Below the pieces are notes generated by a model. That model was not told the origin of the DNA. It saw only the letters and a program-made list of their open reading frames with translations, and ran no database searches. A DNA stretch of 64,000 nucleotides from Eledone cirrhosa (Eukaryota): the NCBI GenBank assembly GCA_964016885.1, contig OZ024743.1, forward strand, positions 82,956,001 through 83,020,000. The letters run 5' to 3'. Made by a program: the position numbers and the translations under genes. Shown piece by piece: positions 1-12,334 of this stretch. The stretch's first letter is position 1. Every line of letters begins with the position of its first letter.

Positions 1-2720
1 CACATTCAAACTCAGTCTGTGACACACTGATAGTACATATGAAGCAACTACAGACAGTAATATGTGTCACATATCGGCCGCCGATGCCCCCAGTCATGAG
101 TGTAAATTTGAGGATAGCCTAAGTAGGATAGAAGAGGTTTGGCCAGGGTCTCAACATTCTACTGCTGGGAGACTTCAACCTACCAAAGGTCAAATGGCCT
201 GAGGCCCACCTCCTCCCTGGAATGACGTCAATAGAACAGAGACAGACGGAATCCCTGCTAGCCCTCACACACAGGCTGTTCATGGAGCAAGTAATACTCC
301 TCCCAACAAGAGGCGAAAATGTCCTAGACCTCTGTTTTACAAACAACGAAGTGCTCATCCACAATGTAAAGGTGACACCAACAATTCTCTCGAATCATAA
401 CTTAGTAGAGCTAATGATATGTGAGCCGAGAGAACCAACAGAGACAGAACCATAAAGAAGCTCCGGGACGTTATCCAGCCTTAACTTCTACAAGGCTAAC
501 TGGAAAAAGATTAAGAGAGAAATCCAGAAGCAAACGTGGAGTGAAAACACCGCCACACAAGACACTAACACACAATTTCAACACTTCATGACAACGATAC
601 ACACTATATGCAAAAAGTTTGTCCCGGAGAAAAAGGCAAACAGACACAAAAATCTTATTCCCAGAGATAGGAAAATCCTTATGAGACGAAGAACCAAGCT
701 CTCAAACCAGTTGAATAGTCAACAAGAAAACAAAAACAAGAAGGAATCCTATTTGAAATGTGCACTTCTTGGCATCGAGATTGCACTCAAACTTTCCCAT
801 AAAAATGAGAGGGCAAAGAAAAAGAACAGGGCCATAGAAAACATTAAAACAAACCCTAAGGCCTTCTTTAAATTTGCAAAAGAAACTGCCTCGGTACACT
901 GCAAGATTGGGCCACTCTTCCATACAGACGGTTCATTAACCGAAAACCCCCAAGAGATATGTGAAATACTGAACGAACAGTACAAAAGTGTGTTCACATA
1001 TCCATTGAGGCACATGCAAATAACGAAGCCAGAGGAGTTCTTTGATGCCACAACACTACATGAAGAAATGGCGACCATCAACCACATAGACATAACGGAG
1101 GAGGATGTGGTGTACGCCATAGATGAAATTAGAACAGACTCAGCTGCTGGACCTGATGGATTCCCAGCAGTTCTCTTAAAAACATGTAAGCGGGCCTTAG
1201 CAACTCCACTGAAGATGCCCTTCAGAAGCTCCTTGGCTAGCGGTGTACTACCCAGGGAGCTGAAAGAAGGCACAATATGCCCTATCCATAAAGGAGGTAG
1301 CAGAGCGGAGGCCAAAAACTATATGCCGGTCTCCCTGACGTCGCATATCAGTAAGGTCATGGAGCGAGTCGTCAGAAAGAAACTGATCACTTTCCTCGAG
1401 GAAAATGACCGCCTGACTAGCACGCAACATGGCTTCCGCCCAGGAAGAAGCTGCCTTACACAGCTGCTGCATCACTACGACTGGGTACTGAAACAACTAC
1501 TAGACAGCTCACATGTGGACGTGATATATCTTGACTTTGCGAAGACCTTTGACAAGGTCGACCACGAAATGATATGTCACAAACTACACGGATTCGGCAT
1601 AACTGGAAAAGTAGGTGAGTGGCTGCACGACATCCTAAAGGACAGAAACCAGACAGTCGCAGCAAATGGGGCCCTCTCAAAGGAAACACCAATAACAAGT
1701 GGGGTGCCCCAGGGGACAGTCCTGGGACCACTACTGTTTTTGGTGGCTCTCTCAGACATGCCATCTGTAGTACATACAACAACATCCCTCACTAGTTATG
1801 TTGATGACACTAAGGTAGCACAGGCAATCAAAAACCCGGCTGACGCTGCCCTTTTACAACAAGATCTGGATGCCATATACAAATGGACGGAAGAAAACAA
1901 CATGCAGTTTAATGCTGGCAAATTCCAAGTCCTACAATACAAAACTCCAAACAAACCTGCAAACACAAATATAGTACAACACAACTACACAGGACCATGA
2001 AGGACCGATATCCCCGTGTCAAAACCGATACGAGACCTGGGCATAGACATGAGCGATGATACATCTTTTTCTTCACACATCATGAAAGTGGCGACAATGT
2101 GCAGACGACTCGCTGGCTGGATCTTGAGGACTTTCCGGACAAGAGACCGAAACACCATGTTGAACTATGGAGGACATTTCTCCTAAGCCGCCTGGACTAC
2201 TGCTCCCAGTTGTGGTGACCCCATAGTGTCAAACTAACCACGGAGCTTGAGGCAATCCAGCGAAGCTACACCAAGAGGATTGCCACGATGAAGGAGACAA
2301 GTTAGTGGGAGAGGCTAAAAGAACTGAACCTCTACTCCTTGGAACGAAGACGGGAGAGATACGCAGTGATCTACATGTGGAAAATTCTGGAGGGACTAGC
2401 ACCAAACTTTGGCATTGGGAGCTGGACCAACCGTCGAACAGGACGTCACTGTGTGTTGCCAAAGGTCCCGTCTTCCACATCTAGAATAAGGAGCAGGTAT
2501 TGCAATAGCCTGGGATTCAAGAGCCCTCAACTCTTCAACAAGCTGCCGAGGGATCTGAGAGATTTGCATGACGTGGAGGTGGATGTCTTCAAGAAACATC
2601 TCGACACCTGGCTATCCAGGTTCCCGGATGAGCCCACAGCAAGGCACGAGGGAAACCTAAGGGCAGCAGCAACAAGGGTGGTGCCCCAGCATGGCCTCAG
2701 CCGGATGGCTGAAACAGGTA
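1..2720 (+). mobile_element. CR1-group LINE ORF2 (APE endonuclease + RT), decayed; probably extends beyond the window start
   Basis: APE motifs GDFNLP, LDLCFTN and SNHNLV (~165-455). RT motifs AGPDG, QHGFRPGRSC, YLDFAKTFDKV, GVPQGTVLGP and YVDD (588-2000). C-terminus ERRRERY..WKIL..FKKHLD..PDEP. In-frame stops at 455 and 2000, plus frameshifts. Confidence 0.85.
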
Positions 2721-2861
2721 AAAGAGTAATGTCCTGGGTATGACATTAAATTACCTCCAGTGGCAAGGCTCCAGATAGGGAATTCAGGAACTGTGGGAAA
2801 TGTGGAATTACCCATTAGTTGTTACCACTCTCAAGTCTGCTCTGGCCCGGAGTAGTAGTAC

Positions 2862-2924
<63 letters not shown>

Positions 2925-2989
2925 AAAAAAGGAAAAGAATGACTTCACTTGTAATTCTAAACAATTTGATTTAATTTTATAATATTATA

Positions 2990-3964
2990 TAATGTCATGA
3001 GTTGGTAGATCTCTATTATATAATATTATAAACCTTAAAATTACTATAGATACGAACCTTACCAATGCTAACTTTCTTGACATTAATCTTGATCTACTTA
3101 CTGCCTCTTTTAAACCTTATCATAAACCTAACGAGAATCTAAGATATATACACAAAGAGTCTTGCCATCCCCCTATAGTTTTTAAAAATCGTATTCCTAA
3201 TATTAGCCGTAGGATTTCTACCTTATCTTCGTCTCTAGACATTTTTAACAAAGCCGGCTATACCAACACAGACATACCTTCCGAAACCCGGCCCGGCGTC
3301 ACGCCACTACACTTTCAAGCCACATATGGGATCTCAAGGACAACAACATCAACTATGATCTCACTTGGAAATTACTGTCCAGAGCCAACTCTTACACGGG
3401 AGGACGCCGTCCGTGCAATTTATGCTCGGAGGAAACTTTACAAATGTTGTTTTCGACGGACCAACTCCTAAACAAGAAAGATGAACTGGTTACTGCATGT
3501 AAACACCGATTACGTAGGACTTACCTCGCCCTCAAACCCCATAATGACCCGGGTGGGTAGACTAGGGCTATAACACCCCACTTGCCCATTTTGTAATGGG
3601 CAACGCCTGCTTGCCAATGGAGACGTAAGATCTTCTTTTACATTCTTTTATCGCTTCCTCTATATTTCCTTCTCCCCCCCCCCATCCCTCCCTAGTCTTT
3701 CTACCCCAGTTCCTTTTCTTTGTCGTCGTCTTTTTCTCGCCCACCCTCGGTAGCCCCTCGGTCCCTTGTAGCTTCAGCACCCCCACCCCCTCCCCTATTC
3801 TATGATAGATTTGGCTGACTCCGCTTTTTATAGCAGAGGTGTTAGACTTCGGATACTTGCCCCCTTCTCCGACCGCTGTCCCTTTTTTCCGTGCCTTCTA
3901 TATTTCTTAGTGGCATCTTTGCTTTAATTTCTCGTTTATCCAGTATTTCTTTCTTCTTTTTCTC

Positions 3965-3996
<32 letters not shown>

Positions 3997-4394
3997 GGGG
4001 GTTCTGTATTAATTTTCCGTTCTTTACTTTTACTTCGTACGATCTTTCATGTAGCTTGTATAAGACTTTTTGTTTCGTGGCCGTACCCTTGGAGTTAGCA
4101 TTAGTATTTTTTTGCGGGACCCTGAATTATATTCTCGTACTAGTTTACTTTCTTGCACTGGGTGGTTGCTGGCCCTGTGATTGGGGTAGAAACCTTTATT
4201 ATTTCGTGGTAGTCTCTTTAGTATTTTGGCCCCCCTTTTGTTGACCCGTCACCGTACGATACACGCACTTATACCTCGTATAAGGGTCCCTTTATTTCCG
4301 TCCCACCTAGTTTATTTTTATTATTATTATTTATTTTTTTATTCTTTATTATATTTTTTTATTTATTTATCTATTCTTTTATTCACTTATTTGT

Positions 4395-4433
<39 letters not shown>

Positions 4434-4950
4434 GCCTAGCAATAGCGAGAGACTTAAGTCTTAGTAACCAGACTTTGCTTATTTTTTTTTTTTTTTTTCT
4501 CAGTACTTTTTATAGTTTTACCCTTCATTGTTCTACTTACCGTTTCGACTTCCTCCCCCTCCCCCACCCCAGTATCCTCTTTGACCTCACGCCCAGCTGT
4601 AACCGGCACTACCAACGCATGAATGGGTCTACTCCACCCCCTCTCCGTTTTTCTCCTACCGGCAGGTTTAGCTACCCCTTCCCCCACCAATTTGCCATCA
4701 CAGATTTACTACTAACTTGTGATGTGACCAATCCTGGTGATTATCTCTTTGACCATATATGGAATTACCCCTTGATAAGCTCGGCTATTTAAATACCAGA
4801 ATAAATTTTCATTCAGTCCAGAATTAGCCGTCGAAACGGCTTGAGCTCAGCCGTCGGGGTCTCACTTGTTCCTATTACCCACTCTACTACCCTAAGTATT
4901 GAGTACTTTGGTGCGTATGGTCCACCTGGTTCCTTACCACATTTCCTTCG

Positions 4951-4952
<2 letters not shown>
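2990..4952 (+). mobile_element. Naiad-like Penelope element remnant: RT thumb fused by deletion to the GIY-YIG C-terminus, then 3' UTR and HHR
   Basis: Manual translation gives FLDINLDL..FKPYHKPNENLRYIHKESCHPP (~3074-3175), then TTLSSHIWDLKD..WKLL..CNLCSEE..LNKKDELVTACKH (~3306-3510). The region ends in an HHR, then (TA)n. Confidence 0.75.
4767..4860 (+). ncRNA. Type I hammerhead ribozyme, U3-A8 core variant
   Basis: Stem I ACCCC/GGGGT; core TTGATAA; stem II CGGCTA/TAGCCG; GAAA; stem III CGGCT-loop-AGCCG; GTC cleavage triplet at 4853-4855. Confidence 0.7.
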
Positions 4953-5004
<52 letters not shown>

Positions 5005-5252
5005 GTGTGTGCTTTTGTGAGCATGTAATTTTTGTGCGTGAATATGCACGTTTATGTCTGTGCTTGTGCATGTATGTATTTTTGTTTATATATATATATA
5101 TATATATATATTTATGTATGTGTATATATATATACATACATATATATAATTTTATATGTGTGTATATGTATATATATATATATATGTGTGTGTGTTTGTA
5201 TATGTATGTATGTTTGTTTATGTATATGTGTGTATATATATGTGTATGTATA

Positions 5253-5338
<86 letters not shown>

Positions 5339-5784
5339 TATGTACACGTACATAGATATTTGTATACAGACGCACAGTAGTATGTATATATATATACATA
5401 CATGCACACATATATATATGTACGTATGGATTCACCGAACATTTATTATAATGCTCGGTGTGTTTGTAAACAAACATCCCGTATTAAGCCGTAGTGTCCA
5501 GCAACCATCGTTGCTCGTTTGTTCAACACTGACCAAGGAACGCTGTACTAGCAACGTATACCTTCCTGCCAGATTGTTGAACGTATATAGTTACCTTATG
5601 TATATTAACGGCTGAGTAGCCCAATTTGCATATCGAGTGGGTTAATCGGCCGGGTGTACCGAAAACGATAAACGGAAAAAATGAAACGAAATTTCATTTC
5701 CCACTCTTAGTACGGCTGTTACTTAAATATAAGTATGTACACGTACATACATATTTGTATACAAACGTACAGTAGTATGTATAT

Positions 5785-5867
5785 ATGATGCATGACATAC
5801 CCTGACTAAGTAGATGGTTATGACTGAATTTTAACCATCTACTTAGTCAGGGTATGTCATGCATCAT
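5785..5867. repeat. Fold-back palindrome directly upstream of an HHR
   Basis: Arm ATGATGCATGACATACCCTGACTAAGTAGATGGTTA, a short spacer, then its reverse complement. Confidence 0.9.
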
Positions 5868-5869
5868 CT

Positions 5870-5936
5870 TATTTTATCTGATGAGGACGTACTGTTGAAG
5901 ATAGCTCAGTACCTCTGAAATATGTATAATAAAATA
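5870..5936 (+). ncRNA. Type I hammerhead ribozyme
   Basis: TATTTTAT-CTGATGA-GGACGTACTG..CAGTACCTCT-GAAA-TATGT-ATA-ATAAAATA. Related copies at 49195, 50030 and 50476. Confidence 0.75.
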
Positions 5937-7096
5937 TACTGAATGACTGAATTTTAACCATGTACCAGAGCTTTAGAGCACTAGATAAATGCTTCCCGAA
6001 GGACCATAGATACCGCAAGATCTTCAACAGACACACTGTAAAGCTCTCATATTCTACCACGCGAAATGTGGCCCAGCACATAGCTAGCATTAATAGGGGT
6101 AGACTTAAAAACCACACACAACCGGAAGCTGGCAATATAGGCACCCGGCATAACCATGTGGAGGGAAAGAAGGGTGGACCCAGTAACCCAAACAGACCCA
6201 GGGACCCCCACCGGGCCCGGGGGAGGACCACCATATAATACGCAACGGGAACCCCACATTAGGTACGTGGAGGTCGACCACTTCCTGCAACTGCAGAAAC
6301 CCAGCATTATGCCCCCTTAGTAATGAATGCCTAAGGAAGAACTTAATATACGGATGTAGAGTAAAAACCCCCAACTCTGAACGCCTTTACATAGGAGCCA
6401 CATCAACGAGCTTTAAGGACCGATGGTATAACAATCGCCATTCCTTTAACAGGGAGGACAAAAGGAAAAGTACGGTCTTTCCGAACTGATCTGGAAGCTC
6501 AAGCTGGACAGGACCCCGTACTCTCTGGCCTGGTCCAAAATCATGAAAGTACCACCTGATAAAGGGGGATCTGGCATCTGCAAACTATGTCTGAGCGAGA
6601 CCCTCGAGATATTCAGCGGTGCAAGCAGCCTGATAAACGTCAGGACTGACTTCTTCGGGACATGTAGACACCTCAGGGCCGGCATAACACACTAAGAGGG
6701 GAACTTTCCTCAAGCTATAGGGACTTCTCCGGGACATGTAGACACCCCAGGCCCGGACCTTCCTCAAGCTATAGGGACTTCCCCGGGACATGTAGACACC
6801 TCAGGGCCGGCACCTTCCTCTAGCTATATGGGCAACAACAACGCACTGGGAAGGAAACTTCCCTCAAGCTAAAGGCACAGTAGCTCCGCCACACCGAGCC
6901 CACGGTAAACCACCCCCTACACTTTCACCCCTGCACACCGAGCCCACGGTAAACCACCCCTACACTTTCACCACCCCTAACCCTGCCTCGATCGACTCCT
7001 ATGGCAGCACAGACTTATACATATGTCCATACATAGATCCTGTAATTTAAGATTGTACATGCACTGATACTTACATATATGTGTGTGTGTGTGTGT

Positions 7097-7208
<112 letters not shown>

Positions 7209-7652
7209 GTGCGAGTATATATATACGTATATATATATGGGTGTGCGTGTGTTTGTCTAATCTGTGTGTGTGTGGGTATGTGTGAGTATGGGATGCACCT
7301 GGGTGCGTGTGGGCTTGCAACGATGTGGGTTGACATACACGCATATGTACTCTATGCCGAATTAAAACTGTAGTCCTCTGCATTTCCTGATTTTGACACT
7401 CAGGCTATGGTATTTTACACTCCACTCTTGCCTCATTTGCTCTTAAAACGCACCACCCCATGATAGTGTAAAAATCGTAATCCTTTGCATTTCCCGGTTC
7501 TGACACATAGCCTTTATACTTCAGTCAATATTTTCCAAATCTTTCAAACTTTAATATTGGCTATAACACACACGCACTTTATTCTTTTTATTCATTTATT
7601 TATTATTTTTTTTACTTCTTCATTTTATTGTATCGTATCTTATTTTATTATT

Positions 7653-7845
7653 AGGGCGGTGGATTGGCAGTATCGGTAGAGGGTCGGACGCCATGCTTTG
7701 ACGCATAGAGTTACGGCCCTTTCCATTCTGAGTTCAAATCCCGCCGAAGTTAACTTTGCCTTTCATCCTTTCGGGGTCGATAAAATAAAGTACCAGTCAT
7801 GTACTGGGTAATTGCTGGCCTTGTGCCAAAAGTAGAAACAATTAT
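7653..7845 (+). mobile_element. tRNA-derived SINE, family A (near full length)
   Basis: A box TGGCAGTATCGG, B box GAGTTCAAATCC, ATT-rich tail. Other full or partial copies at ~21594, 24811, 29168, 46157, 56460/58137, 58197, 58507 and 62557. Confidence 0.85.
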
Positions 7846-8310
7846 TTTATTATTTATTTTATCTTATATTTTTATATTTTTTGTTTCTTCATTTTACCTT
7901 ATCTGATTCAATTATCTGTTTGGCACCCCCCACCACGTGAAAGGGTGGTGGGATTGGTGCCAACCCACACACACTCATTCTTCTAAAGACAGCAGTAGTA
8001 GAACTAAGGCTGACCCCCTAACACCAATAAGGACAAGGGAGGAGGTCAGCTGTACTTAACAAAAATAACCACAACAGATTATCTTGACTCAGGGAAAAAA
8101 TATTTTCTATTGACTTTTGACTGAGGAATGTTCTCACAACTGACCAATGGGAGGAGAGAGTGTCCTGTGATACCGAAATTCGTTTGTTCGAATTCATATG
8201 ATTCCAGTTCCTCAGAGAAATAACAACCCAACCAGGAGCTGGACATATCGGAGTATTGACGGAGTAAAACACTTTAACAACATGTGTACCTGTCTCTACC
8301 ACACCAATTC

Positions 8311-8369
8311 GAACTGCCTGAAGAGGTCACAGCCAATGATGGCTATCACCGAAATATATATAGCAGTTC
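8311..8369 (+). ncRNA. Type I hammerhead ribozyme
   Basis: 7-bp stem I GAACTGC/GCAGTTC; core CTGAAGA; stem II GGT..AGCCA/TGGCT..ACC; GAAA; (AT)n palindromic stem III; AATAAA 6 nt downstream. Confidence 0.8.
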
Positions 8370-8577
8370 ATCTTTAATAAACGAAGCCAAATCTTAAATA
8401 TTTGACTTAATTACTTTATTTTACATTACTCCGGAGTAACCAAACCAACCTGCGTACTTCGTCGAGTGCTCCAATCTGCATACTTAAGTGTCGGTAAACA
8501 ACCAACATATACTCAAAATATATATATATATATAGATAAATAGATAGATAGATAGAGATAGATAGATAGATAGATAG

Positions 8578-8649
<72 letters not shown>

Positions 8650-8863
8650 TTCTTTATTTACCATAAAGGCATAAAAAGAAGGGACAAATACAAAGGGGGA
8701 GTTTACATATAATCGAGTAAAAAGGGTGTAACATGAAAATAATCGAAAATAACCTCAAAAGGGAGGGGACGTGATGGGGGTTGCACACACCCCCGAAAAA
8801 GTGTGCAATCCTTTGCCCGGGGAGCACATGGAGAAGGTGCTCCCCTCTCCTTTACTTCTTTAC

Positions 8864-11800
8864 CTACAGGATGGTATACAGAGAAGGCCCATTTACACGA
8901 GCCATTCTCGCCACTATCACCCACCTTTCATAAAACTGCCTGTGGCCAAGCACCTCTCTCTCCATTCTTATCCTTCTTCCGAAGTGATATCGGAAGAAGT
9001 AGACCAGACTATGGCCAGAGAGGAAGTTGCCTGACCTCAGACCTTTCAATCGTGTCCACCAAACAACCTCTTTCAACATGGCTATTACGCACAGAAAAAC
9101 CGCCTTTGCTTCCTTTGTGAAGAGGGGAGGCGGTTTGATTGTCATCACGGACTCGGCTGTCAATTTAATCGGCGCCACCCGCGACAGCAGTTGTTCGGCG
9201 TAGCCCCACAGATCAGCCACGCCCGGACATTGCACCAATGCGTGCGCCACGGTTTCTTCGTGACGCACGCATCTAGGGCAAATCTTTTTTGAGGGATCCC
9301 TGCCCGGGCGCCCGTGTCTGTAGAGCCTCTCTCGAACGGGTAGAGCCCCTCGGTAGCACTGCCAGGCCAGTGACTTCTGGAAGTTGTCCATTGGTCCTGG
9401 GCCGAAAGTCCTACCGAACAGGCTGGCCAGTTCGTCTTCTTCCATGTCCAGCGACTCTCCAAGGGTGTCATCGCCCCTGCTAGCCACCAGCCCTCTATAG
9501 AATGATGAGGTGGATTCTCCACCGATGGCCCGGCCCGCTTGCCAGAGAGCCCTGAGCGCCTGAGCACACTCAGTGTGCCAGTCTCCCAGTTTTCCGGATC
9601 TTTGCTTGACCCAGGACTGTAGCTCGGTGAGTGAGACGAGTCTCGGAAAGGCTCGTTTCACGAACGGAGCCCACACCGGTTGACCAGTGAGGAATACCTG
9701 TAGGTGCCGTAGCCTTAATGCGTGCCTACGCATCATCAACCACGGCATCCCCAGCCCTCCTTTCGAAGGTTGTTGGCAGCAGATGGATCTTCTCACCATA
9801 GGAGGACGCTTCTTCCAAAGAAATTGGAAGAGCATGCGTTCCATGGTGGTGAGTGTTTCCTTAGGGCAAGGCACGACAGTCAGGCGGTAGTAAGTGACGG
9901 ACGCTATGTAAATGTTCGCCACCTCCGCCCGGCCTTTTAGGGACAGCTTACACTTGGCCCATTTCTGGGTTAGTGCAAACACCTTGTTCGTAACCTCGTT
10001 CCAGTTCTTTTCCACCTGGAGGTCCGGTCCAAACCAGACCCCAAGCAACTTTACCGGGCCCTCCGTCCAGTGTCCGACGACACCATCGGGAGGCATCGGT
10101 CTGCCTCTCCACGTTCCGAGTTGCAGCCCGATGGATTTTTCCCGGTTCAGTTTCGCTCCTGACAACCTTTCGTACTCCTCCAGTAAGGTACCGATCGCCT
10201 CGATCTCCGAGTCGGTTGATACCATTACTGTTACGTCATCGGCGTAGGCCGACACCGCTTTGCTCAATCCTGGTTCCAGGGGGATACCCTGCAACAACTC
10301 CAACTTCCTCAGTAAAGGCTCGAGAGTCAATACGTACAGAAGGGAGGAGAGAGGGCACCCCTGTCGAATGGATCGTGTGATTTCGAACGGCTTCGAAAGG
10401 TAGCCGTTCACCTTGATCCTAGAACAGATGTGGTTGCTATGTAGGGCAGTGATCCAGCCTCTGAAAACAGGACCGAACCCAGCCGCCGCTAGCACCGCAT
10501 CCAGGTAACCATGGTCGACCCTATCGAAGGCCTTAGACTGATCCAAGTTGATCAGGGCCCCACCGAAGCCGGGTTTGTTGCCAACCCTCTCTATGATGTA
10601 TCGCATGAGGTGGAGGTTATCGTGAATGGACCTGGATGGGATAGCACATGTCTGCGCATCTCCCAGCAGGCCACCCACGACAAGCGCCAACCTCTTTGCT
10701 AACACCTTGGCCAAAATCTTTAACTCTGTGTTTAGCAGGGTTATGGGCCGAAAATTATTTATACTATCCCCCTTGTTCTCGTCCTTCCTCACCAGCGTGA
10801 CTACGCCCTTGGCTACAGAACAAGGAATTCTCCCGTTCTGCCGCCAATTGCAGTAGACCGCTTCGAGGAGTTCGGAGAAGAAGACCGGCATTGCCAAATA
10901 AAGTTCGTAAGGTATACCATCGAGACCTGGAGATTTGCGTCTGCTGCATTGGCTCAGCGCATCTCCGATCTCATCAGCCGAGATTGGTCCCTCGCAGGAC
11001 TCCGCCTCTTTGTTCGAGAGACGCGGCAGGCCGTCGAGGTATGGACCGAAATCCACGCCCCGGCCCGGACCCTCGCCTCCCCCGAACAATCGGGCAAAGT
11101 GCTTTTGAAAGGCCTCGCACATCTGCTTAGGCTCCCGGATCACTCGTCCATCTTCGTCTTGCAACGACCGGATGGTGGATCGATTTCCACTTTTAGCTTC
11201 TGTCACGCGGGCCCATCCAACGGCTTTGGCCCCCTCATTACCTAGAGCACGTATTTTACTTCGAATGACGCAGCCTTCATGCTTTGCATCGAAAAACTGG
11301 TTCAATGCCGTCCTCGATGCCAGCACTCTGGCCACATCTTCGCTCTTGATTGCCTCTTCTAATTTACCTGTTAATTCTTTCTCGTTTCTATTCCTATTGG
11401 CAGCTAACATCTTGCTATAACTTATTGATTCTGTTCTAATCTCTCTTTTGAGAGATGCCCACCATCGGTTGTTGACGATTGCACCCGTCAACCTCTCCTT
11501 AACTAATCTGCTAATCCGGTTTCTGTAAGTCTCTTTTGCCGGTAAAGACAAATTAAGTTTCCAGTAACCGGGACCCTGTCTATGTGTTTTCTCGAGATTG
11601 ACCACGCAGGTCACTAATTTGTGATCCGTGTAGCCAACCGTGCGCATTTCTGGACAGCTTAATATGTCCCTATCCTTACTTCTAACTAAGAATCTATCTA
11701 AGTACGATCTAGATTGACCACTGTGGTTTCTCCAAGTCCAGGTAGGCACAGTTGGAAAATCTAGTCGATATCTATCGACCAAGTTAAAACGGTCGAGTAA

Positions 11801-12301
11801 CCCCTTGAGGCTGTTACACCCCCCTCTATTAGGACATGCTCCTGCATAGTCCCAACGTGCATCTAGGATGTCATTCCAATCCCCCGCTAGAAGCAGGGAA
11901 CGCGACGTTCCCAGAAAAGTCTCCAAACGCTGGAAGAAGTCGGGCCGTTCAGCTCCGAAAGGGGAGTAGACGGCGACCAGTCTCAAGGCCGCACTTTCAC
12001 TACTGCCAACGTCTAGCACCAACAAACGACCCTCCGGGTCCGAGTGCACAACCTGTACGGCAAGACCCAGGTGTTTTTGCATCAGCACGACAACCCCACC
12101 CCCACCTCCAGGTTGACAGAGAGATGCATGCACCTCAAAGTCATCGAAGGTGGGGGCCAGCTGCCGCATGACGCTGATTCGAGTCTCACAGATAACCATT
12201 ACATTTATACTACATGACCTGAGGTCATTTAGAAGCTTTGCTTGCTTCCAAGTTGAGCCCAGGCCACGTGCATTCAAACATCCTACTCTTAACACATCCA
12301 T
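8864..12301 (-). CDS. L1/Tx1 ORF2p: APE endonuclease, reverse transcriptase, C-terminal Zn knuckle (1145 aa, uninterrupted)
   Basis: APE: LNARG, ETR, GDWN, YLDRF, TDH. WKLN linker. RT: SPGLDG, FRPITLLN, KAFDRV, IRQGCPLS, YADD. C-terminus CPRC..ETVAHALVQC. Confidence 0.95.
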   Translation of the reverse strand: MDVLRVGCLNARGLGSTWKQAKLLNDLRSCSINVMVICETRISVMRQLAPTFDDFEVHASLCQPGGGGGVVVLMQKHLGLAVQVVHSDPEGRLLVLDVGSSESAALRLVAVYSPFGAERPDFFQRLETFLGTSRSLLLAGDWNDILDARWDYAGACPNRGGCNSLKGLLDRFNLVDRYRLDFPTVPTWTWRNHSGQSRSYLDRFLVRSKDRDILSCPEMRTVGYTDHKLVTCVVNLEKTHRQGPGYWKLNLSLPAKETYRNRISRLVKERLTGAIVNNRWWASLKREIRTESISYSKMLAANRNRNEKELTGKLEEAIKSEDVARVLASRTALNQFFDAKHEGCVIRSKIRALGNEGAKAVGWARVTEAKSGNRSTIRSLQDEDGRVIREPKQMCEAFQKHFARLFGGGEGPGRGVDFGPYLDGLPRLSNKEAESCEGPISADEIGDALSQCSRRKSPGLDGIPYELYLAMPVFFSELLEAVYCNWRQNGRIPCSVAKGVVTLVRKDENKGDSINNFRPITLLNTELKILAKVLAKRLALVVGGLLGDAQTCAIPSRSIHDNLHLMRYIIERVGNKPGFGGALINLDQSKAFDRVDHGYLDAVLAAAGFGPVFRGWITALHSNHICSRIKVNGYLSKPFEITRSIRQGCPLSSLLYVLTLEPLLRKLELLQGIPLEPGLSKAVSAYADDVTVMVSTDSEIEAIGTLLEEYERLSGAKLNREKSIGLQLGTWRGRPMPPDGVVGHWTEGPVKLLGVWFGPDLQVEKNWNEVTNKVFALTQKWAKCKLSLKGRAEVANIYIASVTYYRLTVVPCPKETLTTMERMLFQFLWKKRPPMVRRSICCQQPSKGGLGMPWLMMRRHALRLRHLQVFLTGQPVWAPFVKRAFPRLVSLTELQSWVKQRSGKLGDWHTECAQALRALWQAGRAIGGESTSSFYRGLVASRGDDTLGESLDMEEDELASLFGRTFGPGPMDNFQKSLAWQCYRGALPVRERLYRHGRPGRDPSKKICPRCVRHEETVAHALVQCPGVADLWGYAEQLLSRVAPIKLTAESVMTIKPPPLFTKEAKAVFLCVIAMLKEVVWWTRLKGLRSGNFLSGHSLVYFFRYHFGRRIRMEREVLGHRQFYERWVIVARMARVNGPSLYTIL

Positions 12302-12334
12302 GTGGGCGGCAGAGCCAAAGGAGAGTGTAGAGAC

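Noticed and set aside
4899-5477. Many ORFs of YI/CV/HT/LS dipeptide repeats here and throughout the window
   Set aside because: They are translations of (TA)n, (GT)n and (CT)n microsatellites, not genes.
6650-6975. Short tandem duplications after the Naiad-like ORF end
   Set aside because: Ordinary slippage-type repeats of the element's 3' sequence; no separate function evident.
7653-7745. tRNA gene
   Set aside because: A and B boxes are present but there is no cloverleaf; it is the head of a multi-copy SINE.
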